Shown here: piece after piece, positions 24,318 to 25,453 of the stretch
Position numbering within the stretch: the first letter of the stretch is position 1
Layout: each line of letters starts with the position of its first letter
Origin: Candidatus Rifleibacteriota bacterium
GTDB taxonomy: Bacteria; Muiribacteriota; Ozemobacteria; Ozemobacterales; Ozemobacteraceae
NCBI GenBank assembly: GCA_051747585.1
Contig: JBNJGH010000042.1
Location: forward strand, 1-25,453
Direction: 5' to 3'
DNA length: 25,453 bases
Translations under genes and position numbers: made by a program
Notes under the pieces: model-generated
The model's input: only the letters and a program-made list of their open reading frames with translations
What the model was told of the DNA's origin: nothing
Database searches by the model: none

Positions 24318-25453
24318 TTACTGTCCGTTTTCAGCTTTAAGAGCTTCGAATTCAGCCTTGGCTTTGTTCATTTCCTGAGCTACTTTCATAGCGTCATCCT
24401 GACGGCCCTGACTGAGCATTTCGTTATAAAGCTTGTAAAGCTCCTGATATTTGGCTTCGGCAAGCTGAAGGTCAGATTCATAGCTGCCCATTGGTGCAGC
24501 GTCACCTGTAACTGTTACTTCAGGTGCCTGAGCATCGCCTGATACAGGTATTTCAGAACCACCGGCAACTGTGCCTATGGTTACAGGTCCTGAAACGTCA
24601 GCTCCAGGTGCTCCACCGAAAGGATTAGATCCGACCGGCATACCTATTGAACCATAGCTGTTTTTGCCTTTGCCAAAGATACCGGCGATTTTCTGAGCTG
24701 CCCAGTTACCGAGCATACCACCTGCGATACCACCTACGATGGTCCCGAATGGTGGGAATATCATTGAACCAAGCATTGCACCGGCAGTTGAACCAACTGT
24801 CTGTCCTGCTACACCAACCCAGTTGATCTTTTTGAAGGCTTCTCTGATTGAAAATTTGCCGTTTTTAAGGTCACCGCCGAGATAAGCGCCCATAGACCCA
24901 CCTACGATAGAACCGAAAGTAGGTGCAAGTGCTGAAAGAACGCCACCAACAACAGGAACTGCTGAGAGGAAAGGAACGAAGAATGAACCTGCAGCTGCGC
25001 CCGTTACTGAACCAACTACGCCACCGGCGAATTCGGCTGAAGCAACAGTTTTAACAGCTTTTTTCAGGCTTGGTTTTTCTCCGCGCATCATCTGAGTCGC
25101 AAAATCAACACCAACTGTAATACCAGCGGTTAACAGAAGATTTTTAGGGCTGAAACCAGATTTCAGGCTGGTTTTAACATTCTGAACGCCTTCGTTAGTC
25201 ATTGCTTTACCGGTAGAATAACCAGATTTGAATTTAGTAGTAGTTTTGTCTTTAAGTTTAGAGAAGAAACCCTGTTTGTCAGCTTTTGCTACCGTACCAG
25301 TTTCCTGATTAGCAGCTTCGCCTGAACCCTGAACTGAACCCTGGTTGGCCTGACCGCTTTGTTCGCCACTCTGCTGAGACTGACCACTTTGTTCGCCACT
25401 CTGCTGAGACTGACCACTTTGTTCGCCACTCTGCTGAGACTGACCGCTTTGTT
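24318..25453 (-). CDS. Glycine-zipper-rich hypothetical protein, 5' end beyond the window
   Basis: The frame of the 294-aa ORF stays open past 25202 to the window edge (..QSGQSQQSGE x3..ANQGSVQGSGEAANQETGTVAKADKQGFFSKLKDKTTTKFKSGYSTGKA-MTNEG); two GxxxGxxxG hydrophobic blocks and a C-terminal helical hairpin. Confidence 0.85.
   Translation of the reverse strand, partial: QSGQSQQSGEQSGQSQQSGEQSGQSQQSGEQSGQANQGSVQGSGEAANQETGTVAKADKQGFFSKLKDKTTTKFKSGYSTGKAMTNEGVQNVKTSLKSGFSPKNLLLTAGITVGVDFATQMMRGEKPSLKKAVKTVASAEFAGGVVGSVTGAAAGSFFVPFLSAVPVVGGVLSALAPTFGSIVGGSMGAYLGGDLKNGKFSIREAFKKINWVGVAGQTVGSTAGAMLGSMIFPPFGTIVGGIAGGMLGNWAAQKIAGIFGKGKNSYGSIGMPVGSNPFGGAPGADVSGPVTIGTVAGGSEIPVSGDAQAPEVTVTGDAAPMGSYESDLQLAEAKYQELYKLYNEMLSQGRQDDAMKVAQEMNKAKAEFEALKAENGQ
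25350..25453 (-). repeat. 30-bp coding tandem repeat (at least 3.4 copies) encoding QSGQSQQSGE
   Basis: Plus-strand unit CTGACCRCTTTGTTCGCCACTCTGCTGAGA at 25350, 25380, 25410 and partial at 25440; no spacers; in frame. Confidence 0.95.

Noticed and set aside
25200..25202. ATG 25202 as the start of the glycine-zipper gene
   Set aside because: The frame is open to the window edge with coherent coding-like sequence and no clear SD before this ATG.
25350..25453. Possible CRISPR array (30-bp repeats)
   Set aside because: Copies are directly adjacent with no unique spacers, lie in an open reading frame, and no cas genes are present.

Overview
Bacterial chromosomal window with moderate-low GC and standard genetic code; almost all genes are on the minus strand. 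Gene content and protein style suggest an uncultured lineage such as Ca. Riflebacteria (inference only). Left to right: a hairpin/REP-like intergenic patch; a degenerate VTT/DedA-like membrane protein; a plus-strand STAS + GAF-GAF-GGDEF pair that converges, with only 2 bp between stop codons, on a minus-strand nupC-ychF-(sensor/HAMP/GAF/PP2C phosphatase)-SAM methyltransferase run; a secreted VIT-vWA protein; the housekeeping block infC-rpmI-rplT-(TrmH family)-pheS-pheT-small membrane protein, headed by a sigma70 promoter and an L20-leader-like attenuator, with a likely ATC start for infC; an NhaC-family transporter carrying two extra soluble domains; a translationally coupled type IV minor-pilin cassette (membrane-anchored helical protein, 857-aa PilX/GspK-like, PilV-like, PilW-like); and the 3' part of a glycine-zipper protein with a 30-bp tandem repeat that runs off the window edge. 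No CRISPR array, tRNA, rRNA, transposase or phage gene is seen. The best candidates for undescribed biology are the SiaABCD/Hsb-like partner-switch/c-di-GMP module, the pilin tip cassette and the glycine-zipper protein.
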